Shown one piece after another: positions 28,295-38,082 of a DNA stretch of 64,000 nucleotides. The number at the start of each line of letters is the position of its first letter. Position 1 is the first letter of the stretch. The notes beneath the pieces are model-generated. The model was given only the letters and a program-made list of their open reading frames with translations, did no database searches and was not told the DNA's origin. Both the position numbers and the translations under genes were made by a program. Source of the stretch: Thermocatellispora tengchongensis (GTDB lineage Bacteria; Actinomycetota; Actinomycetes; Streptosporangiales; Streptosporangiaceae); contig NZ_JACHGN010000001.1 of NCBI RefSeq assembly GCF_014202315.1, positions 21,757 to 85,756 on the forward strand, written 5' to 3'.

Positions 28295-28897
28295 ATGAGC
28301 CCGACCGCGCGCCGAGAGCCCGGCCCGGTCCCCTCCGCGGCGCCGCCGCGCGCCTGGCTGCTGCTGATCTACAAGGTCCCCTCGGAGCCGTCACGCATCC
28401 GCGTCGCCGTGTGGCGGGAGCTCAAGCGCCTGGGCGGCCTCTACCTCCAGCAGGCGGTGTGCGTCTTCCCCGAACTCGGCACCATCACCGGCGACCTGGC
28501 CCAGATCCGCCAGCGCATCCAGTCACTCGACGGCACGTCCTACTACTTCACCGTCCCCTCCGGCGACGCCGAACAGGACGCCACGCTGATCCAGAGCTTC
28601 CAGGACATGGCGGCCAAGGAGTACGCCGAGATCGTCGAGGAATGCCAGACGAAGTTCGTCAAGGAGATCGAGTTCGAGCGCTTCCGCGACAACTACACCT
28701 TCGAAGAGGCCGAGGAGATCCGCCAGGACCTGGAGAAGATCCGCCGCTGGTTCGACCGGGTGATCGCCCGCGACTGGTTCGGCGGCCCGGGCCGCGCCGA
28801 GTGCGAACAGTGGCTCGCCACCTGCGAAACCCTCCTCGAAGAATTCGAGAACGACGTCTACGACCGAACCGGCGGCACCGGCCGCGCCGAAAAGTAA
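28295..28897 (+). CDS. ChrB N-terminal-domain protein (chromate-resistance ChrB-like)
   Basis: LLLIYKVPSEPSRIRVAVWRELKRLGGLYLQQAVCVFP matches the conserved ChrB N-terminal signature. Confidence 0.6.
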   Translation: MSPTARREPGPVPSAAPPRAWLLLIYKVPSEPSRIRVAVWRELKRLGGLYLQQAVCVFPELGTITGDLAQIRQRIQSLDGTSYYFTVPSGDAEQDATLIQSFQDMAAKEYAEIVEECQTKFVKEIEFERFRDNYTFEEAEEIRQDLEKIRRWFDRVIARDWFGGPGRAECEQWLATCETLLEEFENDVYDRTGGTGRAEK

Positions 28898-28926
28898 CCC
28901 GCACGAACTCGTCACCGTCCCGCCCG

Positions 28927-29529
28927 TCAATCGCCGATCGACTCGGTGAGCGCCCGGAGGGCCAGATCCCACGGGTAGGTCCGGCCCCGCTCGGCCTCCT
29001 CGCCCGGTCCGGGAGGCTCGAAGCGGCCGGGGCCGAGCAGCACCGGCACGCCCTCGGCACGCAGGGCGGCCACGCTGCGCCGGAACGGCTCGCGGGAGGC
29101 CAGGGCGGCGCTGACGAACGGCAGGATCACCACGGGAATGCCCAGCCCGGGAGCCTCGGCCAGCAACCCCAGCGCGTACGTGTCGGCGATGCCCTGGGCC
29201 ATCTTGTTGATCGTGTTGTAGGTGGCCGGGGCCACGATGATGGCATCGGGCCGCGGCGGCTTGGGCTCGCTGGGCTTGCGGTACCGGCTGCGCACGGGAC
29301 GGCCGGTCTGCTTCTCCAGCGCCGCGACGTCGATGAAGTCCACGGCGTTGGGGGTGGCCACGATCTGCACCGTCCACCCCTCGTCCTGGGCCGGGCCGAC
29401 GAGACGACCGACATCCCCGGCGGGCCCGGCCGCGCACACGATGACGTACAGGACCTTGCCGGTGTGTCTGGTCACGCGGCCCAGGATGCCACGGCCGAGC
29501 CACGTCACCGCCGGGGGCCGGGCGCTCAT
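28927..29529 (-). CDS. flavoprotein (PPC decarboxylase/HFCD-like family)
   Basis: VLYVIVCAAGPAGD...ATPNA...VAPATYNTINKMAQGIAD is the flavin-binding signature of HFCD-family flavoproteins. Confidence 0.8.
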   Translation of the reverse strand: MSARPPAVTWLGRGILGRVTRHTGKVLYVIVCAAGPAGDVGRLVGPAQDEGWTVQIVATPNAVDFIDVAALEKQTGRPVRSRYRKPSEPKPPRPDAIIVAPATYNTINKMAQGIADTYALGLLAEAPGLGIPVVILPFVSAALASREPFRRSVAALRAEGVPVLLGPGRFEPPGPGEEAERGRTYPWDLALRALTESIGD

Positions 29530-29783
29530 TCGGCGGGCGGGTGGCAGGTCGTGCCGGGCGGGGGCAGGCGCAGGGTGGTGAGGTAGCCAGCGAAGCCCAT
29601 GCCGTCCAGGCAGCGCATCCAGGTGCTGGTCCGCACCGGCCGGGCCGCGAACTCAGGCCCGCGCCCTTTTCCCTATCGCCATTTCGGAGATTTGAATCGC
29701 CTTCCGCCCGAACCTCGCGACAGGCAATGCGATCCATCCCATTTACGCCGTCCCTTTCGCGTTGAGGACCTGAGGGACTTTCG

Positions 29784-30039
29784 TCAGCCGACCGTGCGGA
29801 GCGGGTCGAGCCGGACGGTGAGCCGCACGTGGAGGGCCTGGGCGACGCGTTCCGGCATCGGGATCGTCGGCAGGGCGCGCCGGATTCGAGCCGCGCCACC
29901 GCCGGTTGCCGGAGGCCCGAGCGTTCGGCCGACCGTGCCTGGGTCAGGCGAGCTCCTCGCGTCACCGGTGCACCGCCTCGGCCAGGTCGAACCGGAAATC
30001 GGCGGCGTCGTGGGCGGCACCCGCGCTGCGACGGCTCAT
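29784..30039 (-). pseudogene. degraded XRE-family HTH gene (two apparent frameshifts)
   Basis: Three consecutive reading frames give MSRRSAGAAHDAADFRFDLAEAVHR, then RGARLTQARSAERSGLRQPAVARLESGA, then LPTIPMPERVAQALHVRLTVRLDPLRTVG*. Joined, these reconstitute a canonical XRE HTH (GLTQeeLAer.GvsqstisrlErG...P.....L..la.aLgv.ldeL). Confidence 0.4.
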
Positions 30040-30355
30040 GATCTCGGCGCGCCTGCCCGGCCACACCCTGCGCTCACCCCCGGTCACGGTCAGGGATGGC
30101 ACGAACGGGATAGGGCGCACAGGTCGGCGGCCGACCGTGTGCGGCCACCGGGTCGCGTCCGGCCGGCCGGGGGAGCGGCTTCGGGCTGGGGGTGGCCGAT
30201 GGCTTTAACGGGGCGTATAGCGGAAAAGTTCCGTGAATGTCATCACTCTTGCGGGCGTTGTATATCCGTCTATAGGTGGATATATTCCTCGCACTACCAA
30301 AGGGCGTCTCGGGGGACAGAGCAGCCCGTAGGGTAGCGGGGAGGACATACTGTTC

Positions 30356-30955
30356 ATGGGGGACTTTCTCGGCGTCGCGCTGGGGTTTCCCACCGTGCTT
30401 TTCAGCTTTCTGCTGCTGGTCGTCGTCGGGTTCTGGGTGGCCGTGCTGCTCGGCGGGGCCGATCTCGACCTGCTGGACTCCGACGGGGGCGTGGGGCCGG
30501 CCGCGGGGCTCGGGCTGGGCGGGGTGCCCGCCACGGTGGCGGTCTCGTTGCTGGTCGCGTTCGGGTGGTTCATCAGCCTGGCGGGGGCGGCGCTGCTGGA
30601 GGGGACGGCGGCGCGGGCAGGGGTGCTCGTGGTGGCCCTCGGGGGCGCGTGGGGGCTGGCCCGGCTGGCCGTGCTGCCGCTGCGACGGGTGTTCGAAGAG
30701 GAGGCGGCGCCCTCGCGGGCGGACTTCGTCGGGCGCATGTGCGTGGTCAGGACGGGGTCGGTGACGGCGGACTTCGGGCAGGCCGAGGTGACCGCCGAAG
30801 ACGGGGCCACCGCGCTGGTCCAGGTGCGGCTGCTGGGCGAAGAGAGACTGACGGCCGGTGACACGGCCCTGATCTACGAGTACGACGCGGACGGCGAGTT
30901 CTTCTGGGTCATGCCGTACGACGCCGCGCTTGACCCAGACAAAGTCATCAAATAG
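30356..30955 (+). CDS. NfeD-like membrane protein (OB-fold C-terminal domain)
   Basis: N-terminal TM helices plus a C-terminal beta-barrel segment (GRMCVVRTGSVTADFGQAEVTAEDGATALVQVRLLGEE). NfeD proteins are the canonical operon partners of SPFH/flotillin proteins. Confidence 0.8.
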   Translation: MGDFLGVALGFPTVLFSFLLLVVVGFWVAVLLGGADLDLLDSDGGVGPAAGLGLGGVPATVAVSLLVAFGWFISLAGAALLEGTAARAGVLVVALGGAWGLARLAVLPLRRVFEEEAAPSRADFVGRMCVVRTGSVTADFGQAEVTAEDGATALVQVRLLGEERLTAGDTALIYEYDADGEFFWVMPYDAALDPDKVIK

Positions 30956-30968
30956 GGGACAGAAGCAT

Positions 30969-33032
30969 ATGGACGTGATCTCCACGGGGTTCGGGATTCT
31001 GCTCGCCGTCGTCCTTCTCGTCGTCATCGGGCTGCTCATCGTGGTCAGCCGGCTGTTCCGCAAGGTCGAGCAGGGCAAGGCGCTGATCGTCTCGAAGGTC
31101 AACAAGGTGGACGTCACCTTCACCGGCAAGATCGTGCTCCCGGTGATCCACAAGGCCGAGGTCATGGACATCTCGGTGAAGACCATCGAGATCGAGCGGA
31201 CCGGCCATGAAGGGCTGATCTGCCGCGACAACATCCGGGCCGACATCCGGATCACCTTCTTCGTCCGCGTCAACAAGACGGTCGAGGACGTGATCAAGGT
31301 GGCGCAGGCCATCGGCACGGCCCGGGCCAGTGACCAGGAGACCCTTCAGGAGCTGTTCAACGCCAAGTTCTCCGAGGCGCTGAAGACCGTCGGCAAGCAG
31401 CTCGACTTCGTCGATCTCTACACCAAGCGCGACGAGTTCCGCGACCAGATCATCCGGGTGATCGGCACCGACCTCAACGGCTACAGCCTGGAGGACGCGG
31501 CGATCGACTTCCTGGAGCAGACCCCGATGTCGCAGCTCGACCCGGCGAACATCCTCGACGCCCAGGGCATCCGGAAGATCACCGAGCTGACGGCGTCCGA
31601 GAACGTGCGCACCAACGAGTACCGGCGGCAGGAGGAGAAGGAGATCACGCGCCAGAACGTGGACGCGCGTGAGGCGATCCTGGAGCTGGAGCGGCGGCAG
31701 GCCGACGCGGAGATCAAGCAGAAGCGCGAGATCGAGACCATGAAGGCCCGCGAGGAGGCCGAGATCGCCCGGGTGCAGGCGGAGGAGCGGCTGAAGGCGC
31801 AGACGGCCGCGATCCGCACCGACGAGCAGATCGGCATCCAGCACGAGAACCGGGCCCGGGAGATCGCGGTCGCGGAGAAGAACCGCGAGCGGGTGATCGC
31901 GATCGAGACCGAGCGGATCGAGAAGGACCGCATGCTGGAGGTCATCGCCAGGGAGCGGGAGACCGAGCTGTCCAGGATCGCCAAGGACAAGGAGGTCGAG
32001 GGCGAGAAGCGGTCGATCGCCGAGGTGGTCCGGGAGCGGATCGCGGTGGAGAAGACCGTGGCCGAGCAGGAGGAGAACATCAAGCGGCTGCGCGTGGTCG
32101 AGGAGGCCGAGCGCACCCGCCAGGCCGTGGTCATCCAGGCCGAGGCCGAGGCGCAGGAGAACCTGGTCAAGGACATCAAGGCGGCCGAGGCCGCCGAGGC
32201 GGCGGCCAAGCACCGGGCGCGCGAGGAACTGGTGCTCGCCGAGGCGCGGCAGCAGGCCGCGGAGCTGGACGCCCGCGCCAAGATCAGGCTCGCGGAGGGC
32301 TTGCAGGCCGAGGCGGCGGCGGCGGGCCTGGCCGAGGTCCAGGTGCGCGAGCGGAACGCGGCGGCGATCGAGCGCGTGGGCCGCGCCGAGGCCGCCGTGG
32401 AGCGGGAGAAGGCGGTGGCGGCGGCCGACGCCGTGCGCGAGAAGCTGAAGGCCGAGGCCGAGGGCCTGGGCGAGAAGCTGAAGGCCGAGGCCGAGGGCCT
32501 GGCCGAGAAGGCGACCGCGATGGCCGCGCTGGACGAGGCCACGCGCCACCACGAGGAGTACCGCCTGCGCCTGGAGGCCGAGAAGGAGATCAGGCTGGCC
32601 GACATCAACGTGCGCCGCGAGGTCGCCGAGGCGCAGGCCACCGTGCTGGCCACGGGCCTGGAGAAGGCCAACATCGACATCGTGGGCGGCGACAACGTCT
32701 TCTTCGACCGGCTGGTCAACTCGATCACGGCCGGCAAGAGCGTGGACGGGTTCGTGCAGCACTCGGACGTCGCCGGCGCGCTGGCGGAGCCGTACCTGAA
32801 CGGGAGCGCGAGCCTGTCCGCGGACCTGGCGCGGGTGCTCGGCGCGGTGGACACGGCCGGCGTGCGCGACCTCACCCTGTCCGCGCTGCTGCTGAAGCTG
32901 ATCAAGGCGGGCGGCCCGGACGAGGACCGCATGCGGCAGCTCCTTGAGACCGCGCAGCACCTCGGCGTGGCCGAGACGCCGGTCGCCGCCCTGTCCGCCG
33001 CCGCCCCCGCCGTGCCCGCTTCGGTCAGGTGA
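30969..33032 (+). CDS. flotillin-family SPFH/band-7 protein (YqiK/FloT-like)
   Basis: ATG at 30969 lies 14 bp after the NfeD stop. An N-terminal TM helix is followed by an SPFH domain and ~400 aa of EA-rich coiled coil with AEAEG repeats. Confidence 0.9.
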   Translation: MDVISTGFGILLAVVLLVVIGLLIVVSRLFRKVEQGKALIVSKVNKVDVTFTGKIVLPVIHKAEVMDISVKTIEIERTGHEGLICRDNIRADIRITFFVRVNKTVEDVIKVAQAIGTARASDQETLQELFNAKFSEALKTVGKQLDFVDLYTKRDEFRDQIIRVIGTDLNGYSLEDAAIDFLEQTPMSQLDPANILDAQGIRKITELTASENVRTNEYRRQEEKEITRQNVDAREAILELERRQADAEIKQKREIETMKAREEAEIARVQAEERLKAQTAAIRTDEQIGIQHENRAREIAVAEKNRERVIAIETERIEKDRMLEVIARERETELSRIAKDKEVEGEKRSIAEVVRERIAVEKTVAEQEENIKRLRVVEEAERTRQAVVIQAEAEAQENLVKDIKAAEAAEAAAKHRAREELVLAEARQQAAELDARAKIRLAEGLQAEAAAAGLAEVQVRERNAAAIERVGRAEAAVEREKAVAAADAVREKLKAEAEGLGEKLKAEAEGLAEKATAMAALDEATRHHEEYRLRLEAEKEIRLADINVRREVAEAQATVLATGLEKANIDIVGGDNVFFDRLVNSITAGKSVDGFVQHSDVAGALAEPYLNGSASLSADLARVLGAVDTAGVRDLTLSALLLKLIKAGGPDEDRMRQLLETAQHLGVAETPVAALSAAAPAVPASVR

Positions 33033-36000
33033 CGGTGACGGAGCTGGACGCCGGAACGTACGAGGTCCTGCGGGCGCGGCTCGCCGAGCAGTCGGCCGAG
33101 CTGGCCCGCCGGGCCGAGGCGCTGAACGCGCGCAGGATCGAGACGTTCGGGGGCGCCGAGCTGCGGCTCGTCGGCACCGAGCGCATCCGCACCGGCAACA
33201 ACTGCGTCCCCCGCGACATCGTCTCGGTGGGCGGGCTGATGCTGTTCGGCTACAACGTGTTCATCGGGCTGCGGCCCGAGACGACGGTCGGCGACGTGTT
33301 CTCGCTGCACGCCTTCACCCGCGACGGCGAGGCGTTCCGGTTCGAGGACGTGGCCGAGGACGGGCTGCCGGGCCTGCTGGACGACCCGGGGTTCCGCAAG
33401 GACTTCGCCGAGCTGTACCGGTACTACCGCGACACCCGGCTGATGCAGTTGCGGCGGCTGGACAGCACCCTGCTCGCGGTGTTCCAGACCGCCCCGCCCG
33501 AGCAGGCGGGGCCGCAGGACATCCGGGTGCTGCGGTGGCGGGTCAACGCGGACGGCGCGGTGTCGTACCTGGACAACCGGGGCGAACGCGACCACGTGTT
33601 CCCGCCCGCGCACGACTTCGAGTGGACCGAGACCACCCGCGACGATCACGTCCTGGGACGGCACCCGCACATCTCGATCCAGGGCGAGGTGTTCGTCGAG
33701 ACGATCGGCGGCGACCTCACCATCAAGATCGAGGACAACACGGAGACCGGGCAGGGGATCTACCGCGAGCCGGTGGCGGAGCCGCTGCAAAGCCTCGCCG
33801 ACGCCGACGTGCACTACGCCCGGATCGGGCCGCTGATCCTGCTGCGGGTGCGCCCGTACAAGGAGACCGAGTGGCGGCACCTGGTGTTCAACACCAGGAC
33901 CACGACCGTCACCCGGCTCGACGGGATCGGCCGGGCGTGCCTGCGGCTGCCGGAGGACCAGGGGATCATCTTCCCGGGCGGCTACTACCTGGCCACCGGC
34001 GTCACCAAGACCTTCGACACCGACGTGGCCGGCCTGGAGTTCGAGCGGGTGATCCGCTCGGCCAACGGCGAGGACGTCATGTACGTCTTCCACGCCCGCG
34101 CCGAGGGACGCTCGCTGCTGCTGCCGTACAACGTGATCCGCAAGCAGGTCACCACGCCGATCCCGTGCCACGGGTACTCGCTGTTCGACGACGGCACGTT
34201 GGTGGTGTTCCGGGCGGAGTCGGACGAGCCGTCACGGGTGCACCCGATGCAGGTGTGGCAGACCCCGTTCCAGTCCGACCTGTACGCCGCCGCCCAGCCC
34301 GCCGGCACGGGCCCGCTGGAGCGGATCGGCAACGCCGAGCTGGTGCGGGGGATCTCCGACTGCCTGTCGATCGCCCGGATGACCGAGGAGATGGAGCCCT
34401 CGGCTCCGGTCTACGAGGGCCTGATCGCCGCCTGCGTACGGGCGTTCGACGCCTACCACTGGCTGGGCGAGCACGACCTGCGCGCCCCGCTCGCCGAGGT
34501 GCGGGCGACGGCCGAGCAGGTGCTGGAGGAGTTCGAGAAGGTCCAGGCCCTGACCGCGCAGGCGACCGCGGCCGTGGACGAGGCCGCCGCCGAGATCGGC
34601 GCGCTGATGCGGCACACGCGCGGCGACGCCCCGCGTACGGCGGACGCCTGGGTGGCCGCGCTGGCCGGGCTGCGCCGCGCCCAGGGGCGGCTGGTCACGC
34701 TGCGCGAGATGCGTTACGCCGACCTCGCCCGCATCGACGCGCTCGCCGCCGAACTGGAGTCGGAGGCGGCCGAGGCGGGCCGGCGCGCGGTGGAGTTCCT
34801 GCGCGGCCCCGACGCGTTCACCGGCTACCACGCCGAGGTGGACGGCCTGCTCGCCGAGGCGGAGCGCATCGGCGCCGCCGCCGAGGCCGAGCCCGTACGA
34901 CAGCGGCTGGCCGCGCAGGTCGAGGGCCTGGAGGTGGTGACCGAGGTCGTCGGCACGCTGGAGATCGCCGACGCCACCGTACGGACGGGCATCCTGGAGC
35001 GGGTCGGCGAGGTGCTGGCCGGGCTGAACCGGGCCAGGGCCACGCTGGAGGCCCGCCGCGCCGAGCTGCTGGCGGCCGAGGGCCGGGCCGGGTTCGCGGC
35101 GGAGTTCGCGCTGGTCGGGCAGGCCGTCAGCGGCGCGCTGGCCATGGCCGACACCCCGGAGCGGTGCGACGAGCAGCTCGGCAGGCTGCTGCTGCAGATC
35201 GAGGGCCTGGAGTCCCGCTACGGCGAGTTCGAGGAGTTCCTGACCGAGCTGACCGCCAAGCGCGAGGACGTCTACGAGGCGTTCTCCTCGCGCAAGCAGG
35301 CGCTGCTCGACGAGCGCGCCCGCCGCGCGGGCCGCCTGGCGGAGTCGGCGGAGCGCATCCTCGGCGCGGTCGAGCGGCGCGTGGCGACGTTCGCCTCCCT
35401 GGAGGAGATCAACACCTACTTCGCCGCCGACCCGATGGTGGCCAAACTGCGCTCGGTGGCCGCCGACCTGCGCGAGCTGGGCGACCAGGTGCGGGCCGAG
35501 GAGCTGGAGGGCCGGGTCAAGGCGGCCAGGCAGGAGGCCGGGCGGGCGCTGCGCGACCGGCTCGACCTGTACGCCGAGGGCGGCGAGACGATCCGGCTCG
35601 GCCGGCACCGGTTCGCGGTCAACACCCAGCCGATCGATCTGACGCTGGTCCCGCACGGCGACGGCATGGCGTACGCGGTGACCGGCACCGACTTCCGGGC
35701 CCCGGTCACCGACCCGGACTTCGCCGCGACCCGCCCGTTCTGGAACCAGCTCGTGGTGTCGGAGTCGGAGGAGGTCTACCGCGGCGAGCACCTGGCCGCC
35801 GCGATCCTGGCCGAGGGCCCGCCGGAGGCGCTGCACGAGGCGGCCGTGACCGACGGCGGGCTGCTCGCCCTGGTGCGCGAGCGCGCCGCGGCCCGCTACG
35901 ACGAGGGTTACGAGCGCGGCGTGCACGACCACGACGCCGCCGCGATCCTGGACGCGCTGCTGCGCCTGCACGCGGGCGCGGGCCTGCTGCGATACCCGCC

Positions 36001-37903
36001 CGCCGACCGGGCCGCCGCCCAGCTCTTCTGGGCCTTCGGCGCCGGCCCCGGCGCGCGTGCGTCGTGGGCCACCCGGGCGGCCTCGCTCGCCCGCGCCAGG
36101 GCCGCCTTCGGCCCCTCCCCCGCGATCGAGGACCTGCACCGGGAGCTGGCCCAGGCGATCGGCGCGTTCACCGCGCCGCTGGAGCTGGACGCCCCGCTGG
36201 CGGGCGAGTACCTGTTCGAGGAGCTGGCCGCGGCCCCGGAGGGCTTCGTCACCGGGGCCGGGGCGCGCTCGCTGGTGGAACGGTTCCGGGCGGCGCTGGG
36301 CGCGGCGCGTACCGAGGAGTTCGACAAGGACCTGCGCGCGCTCGGCGACGACCTCGCCACCCGGCACCAGCTCGCCCGCGCCTGGCTCGGCTCGTTCGAG
36401 CCCGGGTCGGCGGAGCTGGAGGAGGCCGCGGCGATCCTGCTGTGCGGCCCCGAGCCGCCCCGGTACGACTCCTCGGCCGCGCTGACGGCCACGGTCGAGG
36501 GCCTGCTCGGCGCGCACCCGCAGATCGCGGAGCGGCGGCTGGAGATCCGGCTGGACGAGTTCCTGGCCAGGACGCGCCGGTTCCGCACGGAGCGGGCGCC
36601 GGCGTACCGGGAGTACCACCGGCGGCGTACGGCGCTGGTCGCGGCGGAGCGGGAGCGGCTGCGGCTGGAGGAGTACCGGCCGAAGGTGATGAGCGCCTTC
36701 GTGCGCAACCGCCTGCTCGACGAGGTGTACCTGCCGCTGATCGGCGACAACCTGGCCAAGCAGCTCGGCGCGGCCGGCGACGCCAAGCGCACCGACCAGA
36801 TGGGCCTGCTGCTGCTCATCTCGCCGCCCGGCTACGGCAAGACGACCCTGATGGAGTACGTCGCGAGCCGGCTCGGCCTGGTGTTCGTCAAGGTCAACGG
36901 CCCCGCGCTGGGCCACGGGGTGACGTCGGTGGACCCAGCCGAGGCGCCGAACGCGACCGCGCGCCAGGAGGTCGAGAAGATCGACTTCGCCCTGGAGATG
37001 GGCAACAACGTCCTGCTCTACCTGGACGACATCCAGCACACCTCGCCCGAGCTGCTGCAGAAGTTCATCTCGCTGTGCGACGCCCAGCGCCGTATGGAGG
37101 GCGTGTGGCGGGGCCGCACCCGCACCTACGACCTGCGCGGCAAGCGGTTCGCGGTGTGCATGGCCGGCAACCCGTACACCGAGGCCGGGCAGCGGTTCCG
37201 GGTGCCCGACATGCTGGCCAACCGCGCCGACGTGTGGAACCTGGGCGACGTGCTGTCGGGCCGGGACGAGCTGTTCGCGCTCAGCTACATCGAGAACGCG
37301 CTCACCTCCAACCCGGTGCTCGCCCCGCTCTCCACCCGCGACCGCGCCGACGTGGAGCTCCTGGTACGCCTGGCGCGCGGCGACGCCGGCGTACGACCGG
37401 ACCGGCTGTCCCACCCGTACTCCTCGGTGGAACTGGACCAGATCCTCTCGGTGCTGCGCAAGCTGCTGAAGGTGCAGCAGGTGGTGCTGGCCAACAACCA
37501 GGCGTACATCGCCAGCGCCGCCCAGTCGGACGCCACCCGCCCCGAGCCCCGCTTCCAGCTCCAGGGCTCCTATCGCAACATGAACAAGCTCGCCGAGCGC
37601 ATCGTCCCGGTGATGAACGACGCCGAGCTGGAGGCGCTGATCGACGATCACTACCTGGGCGAGGCCCAGACCCTCACCACCGGCGCCGAGGCCAACCTGC
37701 TCAAACTCGCCGAGCTGCGCGGCCGGCTCACCCCCGAGCAGGCGGATCGCTGGGCCGAGATCAAGGCCGCCCACCTGCGCACCCAGTCGCTCGGCGGCCC
37801 CGAGGACGACCCCACCACCCGCACCGTCGCCGCCCTGGCGGTCCTGGCCGACCGTGCCGCCGCCATCGAATCCGCCATCACCCGGGCCACCTCCGCCTCC
37901 TAG
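33029..37903 (+). CDS. giant (1624 aa) flotillin-associated protein with C-terminal dynein-type AAA+ (AAA_5/MoxR-like) ATPase domain
   Basis: GTG start overlaps the flotillin stop (GTGA). Walker A motif LLLISPPGYGKTTL, Walker B motif VLLYLDDIQH, and an AAA_5-like FAVCMAGNPYTEAGQRFRVPDMLANR segment. The ~1200-aa N-terminal region (globular plus long Ala/Arg/Glu-rich helical part) has no recognised family. Confidence 0.85.
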   Translation: MTVTELDAGTYEVLRARLAEQSAELARRAEALNARRIETFGGAELRLVGTERIRTGNNCVPRDIVSVGGLMLFGYNVFIGLRPETTVGDVFSLHAFTRDGEAFRFEDVAEDGLPGLLDDPGFRKDFAELYRYYRDTRLMQLRRLDSTLLAVFQTAPPEQAGPQDIRVLRWRVNADGAVSYLDNRGERDHVFPPAHDFEWTETTRDDHVLGRHPHISIQGEVFVETIGGDLTIKIEDNTETGQGIYREPVAEPLQSLADADVHYARIGPLILLRVRPYKETEWRHLVFNTRTTTVTRLDGIGRACLRLPEDQGIIFPGGYYLATGVTKTFDTDVAGLEFERVIRSANGEDVMYVFHARAEGRSLLLPYNVIRKQVTTPIPCHGYSLFDDGTLVVFRAESDEPSRVHPMQVWQTPFQSDLYAAAQPAGTGPLERIGNAELVRGISDCLSIARMTEEMEPSAPVYEGLIAACVRAFDAYHWLGEHDLRAPLAEVRATAEQVLEEFEKVQALTAQATAAVDEAAAEIGALMRHTRGDAPRTADAWVAALAGLRRAQGRLVTLREMRYADLARIDALAAELESEAAEAGRRAVEFLRGPDAFTGYHAEVDGLLAEAERIGAAAEAEPVRQRLAAQVEGLEVVTEVVGTLEIADATVRTGILERVGEVLAGLNRARATLEARRAELLAAEGRAGFAAEFALVGQAVSGALAMADTPERCDEQLGRLLLQIEGLESRYGEFEEFLTELTAKREDVYEAFSSRKQALLDERARRAGRLAESAERILGAVERRVATFASLEEINTYFAADPMVAKLRSVAADLRELGDQVRAEELEGRVKAARQEAGRALRDRLDLYAEGGETIRLGRHRFAVNTQPIDLTLVPHGDGMAYAVTGTDFRAPVTDPDFAATRPFWNQLVVSESEEVYRGEHLAAAILAEGPPEALHEAAVTDGGLLALVRERAAARYDEGYERGVHDHDAAAILDALLRLHAGAGLLRYPPADRAAAQLFWAFGAGPGARASWATRAASLARARAAFGPSPAIEDLHRELAQAIGAFTAPLELDAPLAGEYLFEELAAAPEGFVTGAGARSLVERFRAALGAARTEEFDKDLRALGDDLATRHQLARAWLGSFEPGSAELEEAAAILLCGPEPPRYDSSAALTATVEGLLGAHPQIAERRLEIRLDEFLARTRRFRTERAPAYREYHRRRTALVAAERERLRLEEYRPKVMSAFVRNRLLDEVYLPLIGDNLAKQLGAAGDAKRTDQMGLLLLISPPGYGKTTLMEYVASRLGLVFVKVNGPALGHGVTSVDPAEAPNATARQEVEKIDFALEMGNNVLLYLDDIQHTSPELLQKFISLCDAQRRMEGVWRGRTRTYDLRGKRFAVCMAGNPYTEAGQRFRVPDMLANRADVWNLGDVLSGRDELFALSYIENALTSNPVLAPLSTRDRADVELLVRLARGDAGVRPDRLSHPYSSVELDQILSVLRKLLKVQQVVLANNQAYIASAAQSDATRPEPRFQLQGSYRNMNKLAERIVPVMNDAELEALIDDHYLGEAQTLTTGAEANLLKLAELRGRLTPEQADRWAEIKAAHLRTQSLGGPEDDPTTRTVAALAVLADRAAAIESAITRATSAS

Positions 37904-38053
37904 CGGCCCGTTCTGGCCAGGGCGGTGAGCCGCACGCCGCCGTCCTGGCGAAAGGGATGGAAGGGCCGCCTTCGGATTCCGTCCCGCACAGGCAGCGCCA
38001 CGCGGACCCGCACGACCACCGCTTGACCCTGGCACATCACGCTAACTACGTTA

Positions 38054-38069
38054 TTCCGTAATTTCGGAA
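38054..38069. promoter_or_regulatory. inverted repeat TTCCG-N6-CGGAA immediately upstream of the RBS of the ArsR-like gene
   Basis: Read directly from the sequence (ttccgtaatttcggaa). It sits in a short AT-rich leader just before the GGAGG RBS and the ATG at 38083. Confidence 0.35.
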
Positions 38070-38082
38070 CTACGGAGGCTTG

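Noticed and set aside
29599-30336. 245-aa plus-strand ORF in the 29.5–30.4 kb gap
   Set aside because: Poor codon bias and no motifs. The region is better explained by a degraded minus-strand XRE pseudogene and non-coding spacer.
31481-38061. Very long antisense and out-of-frame ORFs (31481..34171 -, 34232..38035 -, 32944..38061 +)
   Set aside because: They overlap the flotillin and giant ATPase genes, whose frames show clear domain motifs. These are high-GC shadow frames.
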